A stretch of 62,130 nucleotides of DNA, filler included, from Sluysia triapertura (taxonomy: Eukaryota): NCBI GenBank assembly GCA_046118255.1. It is 5 parts of 5 records of this genome, joined end to end, with 100 filler letters (N's around TTAATTAATTAA, not from the genome) between each part and the next. Parts side by side here need not be neighbours in the genome. Positions count along the whole stretch, not along the records: positions 26,742 to 38,327 come from JBJNIA010183124.1; positions 38,428 to 50,489 come from JBJNIA010142833.1; 3 more parts are not named here. One strand, written 5' to 3'. Both the position numbers and the translations under genes were made by a program. Position 1 is the first letter of the stretch, and the number at the start of each line of letters is the position of its first letter. Under the pieces are notes generated by a model, which worked only from the letters and a program-made list of their open reading frames with translations, had not been told where the DNA came from and searched no databases. Positions 27,556 through 40,508 of the stretch are shown here, piece by piece.

Positions 27556-29785
27556 TAACTACAAAACATCTGATGCATAAAAAGTTAATATTCAATAAAT
27601 ATACTATTTTGACTTTAGGATATTGTACTTACTCGATCAATCTGAAATAAATTCTTCACTAATTTTCAGGTCTTCTTTATTGGTAATAGATAGAATCTTA
27701 GCCACTAATTAATAACTGGATTCCACAAAAAATCTTTGTTAGCAGGAGAAAAAATATCTACTATATAGGATTTTTCACGAATATCACATTATAGCCAAAA
27801 GCTTTCTTGATTATATTCGATAATAATTTCTTCATAATTAATTTTTTCTTATGACTACTTTCGTCATATAGCTAATTTTATTCTGTAATCTTATTCCACG
27901 TATTTTTACTTCTATATTGCCAATTTTCTTTGTATAAGGATTAATTACATTCTCTAATACAGTTCTAGCTATATTTTCATCTGCTTTATTTATTTGTTAT
28001 TTTCTATATTATAGCTACATATGCCATAATAAATTTACATTGGCGTTAATTTTTATTTCTAATATATATCCATCCTAATATTCGTTCATGTATTTTCTCT
28101 TTTAGTGTATTTCTTATCCTGTTTTTGACTAATTAAGTGTGGTAAGTTAAAATTTTCTTCTTACTTTTCTTTTATTATTTTCAGAACAATTACGAACTTT
28201 ATTTCTATTTTAAAATTTCTTGAGTTTTAGAGTAAATTTTAAATTCATTTATTTATTTATTTAAAAATTATTTCTCAAATATATATATTAGAATTTATTC
28301 TTTGCAGTAATGATGATTTCAATGACATTTTCTGATAAGTTCATAGCCCTATAAAGATGTTATTTGATTTAAATAGACCAAGTTATTTTGGCAACTGTTT
28401 CAGATTTAAATAAAGTTTCGAATAAAATTTGGAAATATATAATAAGAAATTTTATTTGATATTCAAATTACGGCTGCAGATCTGACTCATATTCCTAAAA
28501 TGTTAAAATGTTGACCAAAACAAATTTTTATTAAGAATAAAAAGTGATAATTTATTTTTGATTATTAAATTGAAAATACAATAATTATGACAATTATTTA
28601 CATTTTGAATATGTTCTTCATTTATAATGGTGTCTGAAGTTTTAGGTCATTATAGTAAAGATCAAATGCTCAGTTACGGTTTCGATGTGATTTGTAGAAA
28701 AACAAATAGAAAGATTTCAAAAGAGAAAGAGAAAAACAGAAAACTAGAAATTTCATTTTTATGTTAAATTGTATCTGCATTTAATGTTAAGTTTTAAAAG
28801 TTTTATATGTTGAACAGTTAGGGCATTCAAATGATGTTTGATGTTTTGTGTTATAAATGTAATATTTTTGTTGTATGTGTGATGTTTTGTTAAATTGTTT
28901 TCATAAAATTTGAAATAAAACTTTGTACCACCACAAAAATAACGATGAAAATAAAACACAGCTAAAATGTACTGAATGAGCTTTCTTAAACCCTAAGTGT
29001 TATTGTTTAATATTTGAAACTGATAATAAAATTGTTGCAAAAACTAAATTAAAAGGTGCTAACGTCAAGCAGATTTTCGAAACAATGATTTCAAGAAAAT
29101 GTATGAGGATTGAATTGATAAATCAGTGAATCAAAATAAAATAAATATCAATTAAACGCCAACTTTATTCTAATAAAACAAGGTTGGTATTGGTTAATAT
29201 GATTACAAAAAGCACTGAATGAAGAAAAATATTGTATATCATTAATAATTCATTTATTAATAAATTAATAATTAATAATTATCTTACCGTTAGAAAATAT
29301 TCTACCTTTAGTTAATAATTTATAAAAATTTGTACGTATTACTATTTTTATTGTGAAACATTTACACATTTATATCGTTAAATTTTTTGAGTAAATTTGA
29401 AAGCATTTCACACATATCTTCACAATTTTTCATTACACACATGCATTATTATGTGTATACATATGAACTAATGTTACAAATATAATTAGGGATGAATTTT
29501 TCATATCAATCTAAAATTATTAAATGTCATTTAAGGATAACAGTAAATGTGTTTCAGAAATTTATTTTCAACTTCAAGTATTAAAGTAATACTGTGTATT
29601 TTTAATTTTTAAAATTCTTGTACAATGGTTAATTGGGTAAATCTAAATATAACTGATAATTTCGCTATTAATTAGTTAATTATTTCATTTATTATTTTTA
29701 ATTTAATTTCTTATTTAAAATTATGTGCTTAATGAACTTACTGTGATTTTCTTATCTCTTAACCTACTGTTAGATTTCTATAAAT

Positions 29786-29827
29786 GGACTAACCGGCAAT
29801 CGAACCCTGGACCTCTCGCTTCACAAC
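29786..29827 (-). mobile_element. tRNA-derived SINE head fragment (B-box)
   Basis: Minus strand GTTGTGAAGCGAGAGGTCCAGGGTTCGATTGCCGGTTAGTCC resembles a tRNA 3' half with a GGTTCGA B-box. No full cloverleaf. Confidence 0.55.
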
Positions 29828-30349
29828 TGTGCAGTTTAATTAAAACAAATATGTACATTAATAGGATACATAATCAAATAATATGGTATAATAAATATTA
29901 AAAAAGGGATCACATTTATATAAAAAGTAGTTAATGTAATAAAGCTCGTACTGATGTGCTGCTGCTGCCACTTTTGCTGTTGGTGAAGTATAGGATCACA
30001 AGCATACTATTGATAAGTCAGAAAGAACAAATAAAGATATTAAATCACTGACATACAATTAAGTGGGTGAAATAAAGAAGGGAAAAATAAAAATAAAATT
30101 GTTGTGTTTTTCTTTAAAACTCGACAACACTTATAAAATTAATTTCTAAATGTGAAGGTTCCGCTTATATTTTGCGATTTATGTCGTGAAGAAGACGCAA
30201 TTATAGGATTCAGTCAAAGGATACGTAAGGTTTTCTTTAATCTTCTTGATTATACTGATTTCTTTTATTCAAATTGAGGGTCAAAAATTTTCTCCTCTTT
30301 TCACTAATTTAATTGAAAATTTTCTTTTGTTATTTTTTAATTATTTTTT

Positions 30350-30840
30350 CTAAATTATATTATATTTCGTAATATTTCGCCTTAAATTCCTCTTAATCAT
30401 CAATCGGCAACTTGACGCCAATGGGAAAAGGTTTGGAGGAATTGATACCCTGCTCTTGTATATCAAGTCACCATTAAGGGGGCTTTGCGTATCCATTTTG
30501 ACTGGGAAGCCCATTAGTTTAAATTTGCTATGTAAACATTCGAGAATCTTATTATGTATGGCTAATGATAGTTCGAGACAAAAACATAATACGTGGGCAA
30601 TTGTTTCCCACTCAAAGCCACACCAGTAACATGTAATGGGGAGATGCTGTCGAATGTTTTGTGGAGAGAAATTCAGCTTAAGAATACTATTCCTAGCCGT
30701 AATCATAAAAATCCAACTCTGGTTGTTTAATTTTAAGGAAAACAGGCGACCAGATAGAAGACCTTTCATGAAGCATTCGGCAAAACGACCTTGGATTTTG
30801 TGGGAGTTCCAAATGTTGGTATTGGTAATGTTAATCAGTT
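30350..30840 (-). mobile_element. RLE-clade (R2/NeSL/R4-like) non-LTR retrotransposon, C-terminal fragment
   Basis: ORF 30350-30769 contains CYWCGFEWETIAHVLCFC (CCHC knuckle) followed by HNKIL, matching the RHN/RHD motif that precedes restriction-like endonucleases. Confidence 0.8.
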
Positions 30841-30944
30841 CATAAAGATGTTTAATATGACTTCGTTTTCACCAAGGATATCGCATTTGATATTTAATTT
30901 TATTTGGTCCTCACAGCATTTTCAGCGCGAATTGAGGATAGATT

Positions 30945-31150
30945 TGTAGTATAATATTCATTAAACTTTAAAATTTAAAATTATTTTTTAAAGTAAAATT
31001 AAAATCATATTTATTAAGATTATAATGCTTTTCATCAATTTAAAATGAGACTTAGTGGAGTTAATATAAATAATATAATATAATATAATATAACGAATTA
31101 GCGTATTTAAATTTTAGATTTAATGTTGTTTTTAGAATTTAAATTCATAA
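30945..31150 (-). repeat. AT-rich dispersed repeat, copy 2 (inverted)
   Basis: Reverse complement of the 27312/44064 family, ending ...GAATATTATACTACA. Confidence 0.7.
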
Positions 31151-32479
31151 AAAGTTTATAAATTCAGTTTACTATAATTATACATCTATCAAAATTAATT
31201 TATTTTCTGTTTTACTAAAAGCACACAGGAACATAAATAGTAACAGTTTTATATAAAAATTCGTTTATTATTGCAATTGCATCCATTTTTTAAAAATAAA
31301 TTTCTAAATTAATGTAGTTCTTATACTATTTCATGAAATGCTCTATTTTGCACATTTTGTATTATATGTGCAGTAATATGTGACTTTGTGTTGCGATGTA
31401 CTTTTATGATTGAAAATTATATGTGCTATATTTGTAGGAATTAATCATGTGATTTTCCAATGTAAATTAATATATTTTAAAAATATTAAAGAATAAACAC
31501 TACACACAATATATAATATAAACATGTGAAATAATAAAAAACAAATTAAAATTTTGAAAGTTAAGATGAAATTTACTTTTACTACTACACTCAAGCAGTT
31601 TAGAAAGTAAGTTTAAACGAACTTATCTTGAAAATACTTTAAAATATCTCAGTTAGTAGCAAAAACATTAAAAAATTAGTCAAAAGAAAGATCAAGATGA
31701 AGAAAATAACAACATTTAATTACGAAGAATACAAAGTTATGGATCAAACGGAATATTGTAAGAACAAAAACCATGAAATATTAATAAAATAGTAATAGAA
31801 AAATGAATGCATAGGATATACAAGACAGATGCTTATAAACAAATTAACTATTATGTAGATAAAAGGGGCACATAATAACAAAAATACGTAGATTAAGATT
31901 ATTAGCACAATTAGTATTTAGATGAAATTGGCGATATAATAGAATTAATTACATGGATGATTAACAATAGAAAAAATATTACAGAAAGAAATTAGAATAT
32001 TAATTGGCCAAATTTTACTACTTACAAAAAATTTCATAAACGGTGTTATTAGTAAATTAAACAATTGTACTATTAAGTTATTATACATTTTGGAGGTTAC
32101 GATATTATATAAACGTGGATATTTTTAACATAATACAAACTCTCCATTAATGTTATAATTTGAATTTTGATGTACCTACGCCTTCTTAATTTTATAAGTT
32201 GTGGATTGTAGCCGAATTCATAATTTATTTTACAAACACGAGATTACCAGTTATATTTGGCTTATTAATATCTGAATTAAAATAAAGTTTAAGTTAAAAT
32301 CTAACTAAATTAAACAGAAAATTAAAATTAAAAAATCATGATGAATTTAAAATTAAATCTCCGTAATTAAATAAAAATTAAAACTACTATATTTCTTGTG
32401 GTTTCTATTTTGATGTTCATATTTTAAAAGTGTTTGATGAATAAATTTTCACAAATTTAGATACTCAGTCTTATTTATA

Positions 32480-33838
32480 AAAGTGATTTAGGAACACCGA
32501 TATATGATTCATAAGAATTGCACACTTCTATCTTTATCAAGAAAAACGAATTTAATACCAAACTTCACAATAAAAATAATATTATTTTTAATTATAAAAT
32601 AAATTCAAAAATTACTTAAAGCATGGATCTTCTTATTTTCGTTACTAATTGTTATTATTGTTGTATTATCGTTGTAGTTGTTGCTTTGTGTAATAAATTT
32701 TTTTAAAGTTTTCCTTTTTGTATTTTTTCATCATCTAATAATTTCCAATTTTGTGATTAAACATTTTCTCACACATATCACTGCAACATTCTTTGAGAAT
32801 TAATCTGACAATAATAATTTTGACACTTACATGGTACAGACTGTCAAACTTTATTAGATACAGAACACACAAAATTTGATTTACGATTATCTATTATTTT
32901 CCTTTACTCTACTCAATCTACCTTTACTTAAATTAATTCTCACATTAAAATAACAATCATTATTATTATTAACATACATAAAAAAATAAGTAATTTAATT
33001 TTAGTTTTCAGAATTTAATTGATTTTTGGTTTTCACACCCAATTTTCTAATGAAAAATGTTTTAAGCTTCGTATTCTCGAACAAACCACTCTACAAACAT
33101 TTCAAACTCACTTCTAGATTCTCTTTCATAGCAATCATCTCATATTCCATTCATTACATTTGCATAATTAAGAATTGATTAAAATTTAACTTTGCTCAAT
33201 TTTAAGGCATTAACTTGATCAAACCATACCTTCATGGAAAGGTCTTTTCAAAACAAATACACACACAGTTTCAAATTTAACGTAACATTCCACATTCTAA
33301 AGTTATTCATAAAAACGTACTTTTTCTTAATTTTTAGACTTAATCTTATTATATGTTTAAAGGTTTTGTTGAGGTTCTGAAGTTATTTAGTAGTTTATAA
33401 GGCATTAAGGAGGCTCTAGATATTTCACCTTCACCTCTCTGATTTCCTTTTTTACTTCTTCATGTTAATTATTACCACATTAAACCTATCTTTATTATTT
33501 TTAAGCAATGTTTTTATTTCTCAAATATTTTAAAAATTTTAAATACTCTATAAGGTTACTCGAAGTACTCAGATGCTTATCAAGGTTTCAAGAATACCAA
33601 AAGATTAATAAGGTCTCAGATGATCTCAAAATTAACAAGCTCAAAGTTATTCTAATGCCTTTAAAGGTTTTTCAAGTCCACTTCAAGCCTCCACAAAGTA
33701 TCGACACCCTATATCGGTCTTTGCAGTCTTTAGTTGTTAAAATTATTATAGATGTTTATAATGTTCAATCCATCTCTCTTCATTTTATAGCTCCATATGT
33801 TTTTCCATCATTTCCTAACACACTTGTGAATCCCAACA
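32480..33838 (+). mobile_element. TGTTGGGA-family element, copy E (inverted relative to A-D)
   Basis: Ends ...ACACTTGTGAATCCCAACA, the reverse complement of the D terminus. KLLKAWIFLFS at about 32610. ORF 33508-33858 parallels ORFs 1527-1757 and 4760-5067. Confidence 0.8.
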
Positions 33839-36800
33839 TAAAGACATCATTATGTTAAGTTTAGAAGGTAAAGTTTTGCTATTAAAACATTGAGGAATAT
33901 TAAATGTAAAATTAATATTTTTGTAACTTGGTATTCGATATCCATTTGCTTTCCTCTAGAAAATTATTACGAACATAGCTTTTATAATCTTATTCTTATT
34001 AAAAATAAAACTTCATTATTTTTGTACCTGAACAGAAAAACTTAAGTTTAAAAAATTTATCGACATTAAGTCAACATATTGTATTACGATTTGTAATTAT
34101 AATTAAATGATTAATAACCTCACTAATTCTCTTAATTTACATGTACTACAACTAAACTGAAATTTATGCTTATTCAAAGTATAAAAATCTTGCTATTTTT
34201 ATTGTAAAACAATTATGTGTGTTCAAATTGATCAAAATTTTGTTTTTCTTCATGGTAGATCCAATCCCAAATGATTCTAAATTTGTAATTATGCGCCTTT
34301 ATATTACATAGAGATTATAAAATAGAAATAATTTTAGCTCAATGAGATATATTTTTTGTGATAGGAGTTGAAATAAACTGAAATTCGAAATTCGAAATTC
34401 GAAACTGAATTATATTTTAATCAAATCTATAAGTGATCATAAAAAGTAATGAAGAGACTTTCAAACACGATTAATGTTATAAAAATAACATTGAATTTAT
34501 TTAATAAAGAAGATTCTTCCAAACTATGAAAAATGATTTTAATTTATACCAAGAACGTTTTTATTAGTATAGAATGGGAATGAATAACATTACCGAGTAC
34601 TTCATAAGTAACAAAAATATTAGACTCCTTAAGACAATTTTAAATAAAGCAAATGAAACTATTACTAGTTTACTTAACAGTATACTATGATAATCCACAA
34701 TACAATAACATTTTATATGAATAAAATGTCAAAACAGATATAACATTAAGGTTTTTACATTGATGCTTTAAATAGCATAATTTAAAATAATATTTTGTTA
34801 CTAGTATTAAACTAGCATAAAAATTTAGGAGTTTAAGTGAGATTATAAAGATTGGAACAATCCTATACGGTTAAACTTACGAAGTTGAAAGGGCACTAAA
34901 GAATCAGCTACTAAAGACGAGTAAATCGCTTCTTTTTGAAGGAGTTCAAATGAATTTTATTACAATTCTCCTCTTTTGATGGGATCCGAGAAAATATTAC
35001 TTTGTTGTCAATCGTCATTTCTAAAATGGACAGTTTATTATTGCTGTCTTAATTGTTCTAATAAACTTGATAGGATTGTAATTTAACTGGTGTTAATTAA
35101 TTAATGTAGTGGTGTCACGCTTTGTTTAAATGACGTTACGTCCTAATTATTGAAAATACAATTATTAATTTTTGTTTTTAATTATTATTACTATTTTTTG
35201 GGTTTGTATTATACTGCAACCTAACAATGGAGATTGAAATTGTAACTGAGATTGCAGAAGTGCTGATAACTTCTTTTATAATTGAGGTTTAGTGTGGGTA
35301 GTTTAATAGGTTTATTCATTAATTCCTGTTTCGGAATACAGAAACAACGAAAATAAATTAATAACTCAATAAAGTTAAGATTTTGAGTAGATGTTATTGT
35401 TTATTTAGTAAACTAGATATTAACATATGCTGGGATTCTTTTCTCAAACGAATGGGTTCAGGTGCAGTCCAGTATGTGTCTGCAACTTCAGTTGAGAATT
35501 AAAAATTTTAATAATTTATTATTTAAAAATTTATTATTGATTGAGTTATTAAAATTTTTTAAGAGTGTTTAAATAAAAAATAATGAAATAATAATAAAGA
35601 TGATAAAATAATAAAATTATTATTAATTTAAAATCAAACGACTTAATTAAATTAATTAATATTTTCAGCAGACGGTTGTAATATATAAAACTAAAATGAA
35701 ATAAAACATTAGATAATCAGTTTTATTTTTTAAGATGTGAAAATTTACATACTAATTTATGCTTGAATTAAAATAAGCAATCTTAAAATAAATCGAATTA
35801 TCGTAGAAAATACCGAGATAAATTGAAAAAATCATTGGGATTTTGACTTTCTAAACTCGAATTATTCAACTCCAAAATTCTTTGCATGAATTAATTATGA
35901 ATTGTTTCCATCTTGTGTATTTACTTGTTTTATCGTACAAATTCACTTTGTTCTGATTGCTTATCAAATAAATTAAATATTTTTTCTACAGCTACGATTT
36001 ATTATTATTTTTTTTAAAGTTGTAAAATTCAAACATGAAACAACTTATTAAATTTATTAAAGAATTTGTAATTTAATGGTGTAATTTGTTTCCGACTTAA
36101 TTTTATAAATGTGCTTTTACATTTACTTTATTTATTTTTGATACTAAATCTATTCAAAATTTTATAATATTCACAATAATTCAGAGTCTAAATTTTCGAA
36201 TATTAAATTTATTTATTTAAAAAATTAATAAAATGTCATTTGTAAATTAAATTATTTCAATTTTATTAAACATGATAAAATCACTCTTATTTGTTTTTTA
36301 TAATTTAAGTCATTTTAAATCATTTTTTTGTTTTTCTTTTTCAAAATCGAAAAAGTAAATGATCGTTGTTGATTATGATTATGAAATTTATGTGGTTTAT
36401 TGTTAATTATTGATTTCTTTATAAGGAACTTTATTATTATCTTTGTTAAGAAAAACGTTATTAATGCGCTTAAGGCACTTAAATGATTTATTACAAATCT
36501 TAAATTTTAAATCACGACTTTTTGTTATAGAGGGCTTTTACAAATCACATTTATTAGAATTTCTTTCAATGTCACTTAGTTACTAAAACTGACTAATATG
36601 GCTGAATAATACTGGTTCTGATCTAATACTGTTCGAATATCAGTGTTGTCGACTTACTAACAATCGAAGTTATCTTGTCGTGCCGACGAGACATAATACC
36701 AATAAACATGCAGTAGATTCAAACACTGGCTAGTAAGCATGAGGTGAGAGAAGTTTGTGTTTGATAAGGAATTTGTAGAAATAAATCTTTATTATTAATA

Positions 36801-38327
36801 ATTGCTTTTAAAAATTGCACAGTGAAAACATAATTAGGCATATTTTGTAAAAATTAAAATTTTAAAATCAGTGTACTTTAGGAGTAGCCATAAAAGAACA
36901 AAATAATAAATAACATTCTTATTGAAATTTAAACACGACAATTCAACTGAAACTAATGATTTACACTTTCTATAACTAATTGTATGGATTTTCGGTATGA
37001 AACAAAAATCATTTAGTGTGACTTTTATAATTTTTGTTTGGAGGCTAAGTTCAATACTCGTTGATTTTAAAATCTTATTTTTCAATCCTTCTAACGAAAA
37101 CGTAAACGGAACCTAGTTTTATTAACACAAGTGTTTACAAGATATTTACAAATGTTTAGATTATAAACACTAAAAAATGATTCACTAAAATCTTTGCCTT
37201 TTATAAAAGATTTTAATTCATTTTATCTCTATTTTATACTTGCTAAAGATAGAAAAATAAAATTCAATTATCGAATCAGTGAAACGTATAATCTTACTAA
37301 TTAAAATATGAACCAGGATGATGATCACAATTAATATTTCGGAATTTACAGATTCAGATAGTGTCCAAAATTGTGATGATATCACTATTAATCACCGATA
37401 ATATTCAAATTTTCAAATTAGATCAGTTTGTATATTATGTATGTACATTTTTTATTTAAATAGTCTGAAATTGATATACATATAATTCTGATGATATCAA
37501 ATTTATAACTAAATTTTATAAGTAGTCTAATGAAAATTATGTGATAGTAAATTTGTGTAATTAGTGATACTAAATTTCATAAATGGTCTGGAATTATAAT
37601 AATAAATTATTTATAATAAATTTATGAGTAACAAATTTATACCATTTTACAAGTAGTTGAATTTTATTTTGTCTCTTGAGCGAGGTTATTTTACTGCTAC
37701 ATCTTAAGCAAGCCTCACCACAATAGGTCTGCCATCTTTAGATAGATCTGTAGCTAGGTGATATAATTGCACAAACATCAAAAAATCTCATAAGTGATTA
37801 TAAAATTAAATAAAAAAGATCCCTTTATATTTATATATTTATAAAAATATAATAAAATCATCCTTTCTCGATGCACTTTGCAAAAAAATTATCAATATAC
37901 TTATAATACAAGCGCCGATATTCAAATTCTTTTTAATTATTTGGCCATTGTAATGTTTAATTGTGTGAATATAAATATGATTAATTTTATTCGGGAAAAT
38001 AAATTTTAGATCAAGCAGCAAGACTAATAATCCAAGTGGAAAGAAGATCTCATGTAACACTTTATCTTAAGGAATTACATTGGTTGCCAATAAAAGCAAG
38101 AATAGAATTAAAATCATAACAATAATTTATAAATGCTTACATTACGGAAGTCCTGAATATATCTTAGAAATAATAAAAAATGTGGAAATCAAGATGACTA
38201 TTATCATATGACTACAGTGATAATAAGAGCTACGTGATAGGTTGTATACAGTTTATGTTTCAAAAATATACAACCAGTACTACCAGAGAATGTCAAATTA
38301 CTAGAAGATTATGAAATATTTAAGAAA

Positions 38328-38427
38328 NNNNNNNNNNNNNNNNNNNNNNNNNNNNNNNNNNNNNNNNNNNNTTAATTAATTAANNNNNNNNNNNNNNNNN
38401 NNNNNNNNNNNNNNNNNNNNNNNNNNN
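38328..38427. other. Assembly linker N44-TTAATTAATTAA-N44
   Basis: Same spacer. Confidence 0.98.
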
Positions 38428-39793
38428 TATATGATGTGTGTGTATTAGACTTCGAAAAATGGACCGACTGCAATTAGATGAAAACAGTTCGTTTATTTAG
38501 ATAAACATAAAATATTTCTTTATGAATAAGTTAATTTTTTCTTCATAATTTCACTAAATAGGAGTTTGCAGTACACTCTACGTCTACCTAGAGCAATTTC
38601 TTTGATTAGTTTCATCGATAATTTGAATATATTATCACAATGTCACAATCTTCAGTAGCTAACTATGACTATATGAAAATTTTATTCTTCAGAAAATTTT
38701 TCTCCTCATGCGGAATATTTTTTACAATAAATTATCTGTCAAAGGAATATCAGATAAATAAGCATATCAGAATACAAATATTTAAAGCATTATTAATTGT
38801 ATTAAGTCCAGACATTCAAAATATCCGAAAACAACAGAGCATCTTTAATTTTGAAAGGATTTAGTTAAAATGATGATAAATTTGTAAATATTGGAACAAA
38901 ATAACTAGTATTTCTTAAAATACGATTGAAAATTAATAAAAAAATATTACTAATTACTAAATATTAGTAAATTAACAAAAATTACTAATATTTCGTGTAA
39001 AATAACAATTAATGAACATCGTATTTTAAATTACGCAAAATAATAGTCTTAAATTAAAACAAAGAATTTTAAAATATAACATTTGTTTATAATAATTTTC
39101 AATTTAATTTTATTAATTAATTTATTCTTTTTCTTGAATACATTTCAGAATTGACTGACATTTAATGTATTGTAAATAAAACAACATATTACAATATATA
39201 AATGCATAACAGACAAAGTAACGTTTCATTATTTAAAATTTACACAAAGTTATTTTTATGTAAAAATACAACTTTACAACGTTATAAGAAAAAGTTTCCT
39301 GGAACTATTTGAACAACTTTCCGTGAGATAGATTAACTTTAGATGAGAAAATCAAGATGATCAAATACAAGTGTACATTTTCATTTCTCTCATTAATTTC
39401 TCTGTCAGAATAAAAAATGAACATATTTTCTTCGTGTTATGTTTTCAAATGATTTATTTCTGAAATTTATAAAAATATGTGTTTAATTCTTAAAAGTTTG
39501 CAATTCTACTTTTGTATATTTTTGAATCTTCAATTATTACGTTTGAACTAGAACTTTTATATAGATTTTTAAATAAATCAGGTTTAGTTTTAAATAAATC
39601 ACACTTCAGCTATATATTTTAACATAGGTAATCAATACAATAGTAAAGTTTCATATAATATTAATTAAATTTAGAGCAGCTTCAGTTACAGAAATAGTAA
39701 AAATTGTTACTTTATTAAGATACAAAAGATCAAAATGCAAAAGAACTATTTATTGAAGAAATTTTAGGAAAAATCAAATGATTTTGGTAATAA

Positions 39794-39847
<54 letters not shown>
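39794..39847. repeat. (TTA)n microsatellite
   Basis: Read directly. Confidence 0.95.
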
Positions 39848-39848
<1 letters not shown>

Positions 39849-40310
39849 TTATATTCATATAATTACATTGAATACGTTTTTATTTTCATTTTTATTATAA
39901 CAATATTAAAAAATTGTAATGAATAAAAAATTGATTGATACGACAATGTTGTACATCGTTATTATTTGGAATAAAGGTTATGAATTTATCTAGCTATTTG
40001 GATTTATGTTTATTATTTGGTGATGCATTATAGTACAACAAAATGATGGATATCTCAAATGAATTTGTAGATAAAAATACAGATAACAAAGTTATGGTCA
40101 ATTTCAGTTTATATTATGTGAAAAATAACTATATTTGAATGAATTTTATTTAACTTAAAATAATCATTTATCGTGTGACACAATGATTAGTTGTATACAA
40201 GAAGTTTCTGATAAAATTACAAAATCAAACCACATTCAAAAACCAATGTGAATATTTGGAGAAATTGCCATTAATATTTAACAATGATGATGTGTATTAA
40301 AATCATTTGA

Positions 40311-40508
40311 CCCTCTATGGACCGAATTATTTTCTTAAATATAAAAGAATATTTATTTTAACATTTCAGGTTGGTGATGCTGTCAACTGTCAGCAATATT
40401 GTTATTGGTTATTTCATAAACATTATACAATTAAGACGTATACATCATCTTGTTAAAAAACTAAAACTATTAGTTAGTGACATTAAAGTTTCATGGGACC
40501 ATAGAGGA
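40311..40508. mobile_element. piggyBac-like MITE, 198 bp
   Basis: TIRs CCCTCTATGGACC and GGACCATAGAGGA, flanked by TTGA and TTAG (degenerate TTAA). Confidence 0.65.

Noticed and set aside
29786-29827. tRNA gene
   Set aside because: Only a 3'-half/B-box-like fragment. No acceptor stem or D-arm.
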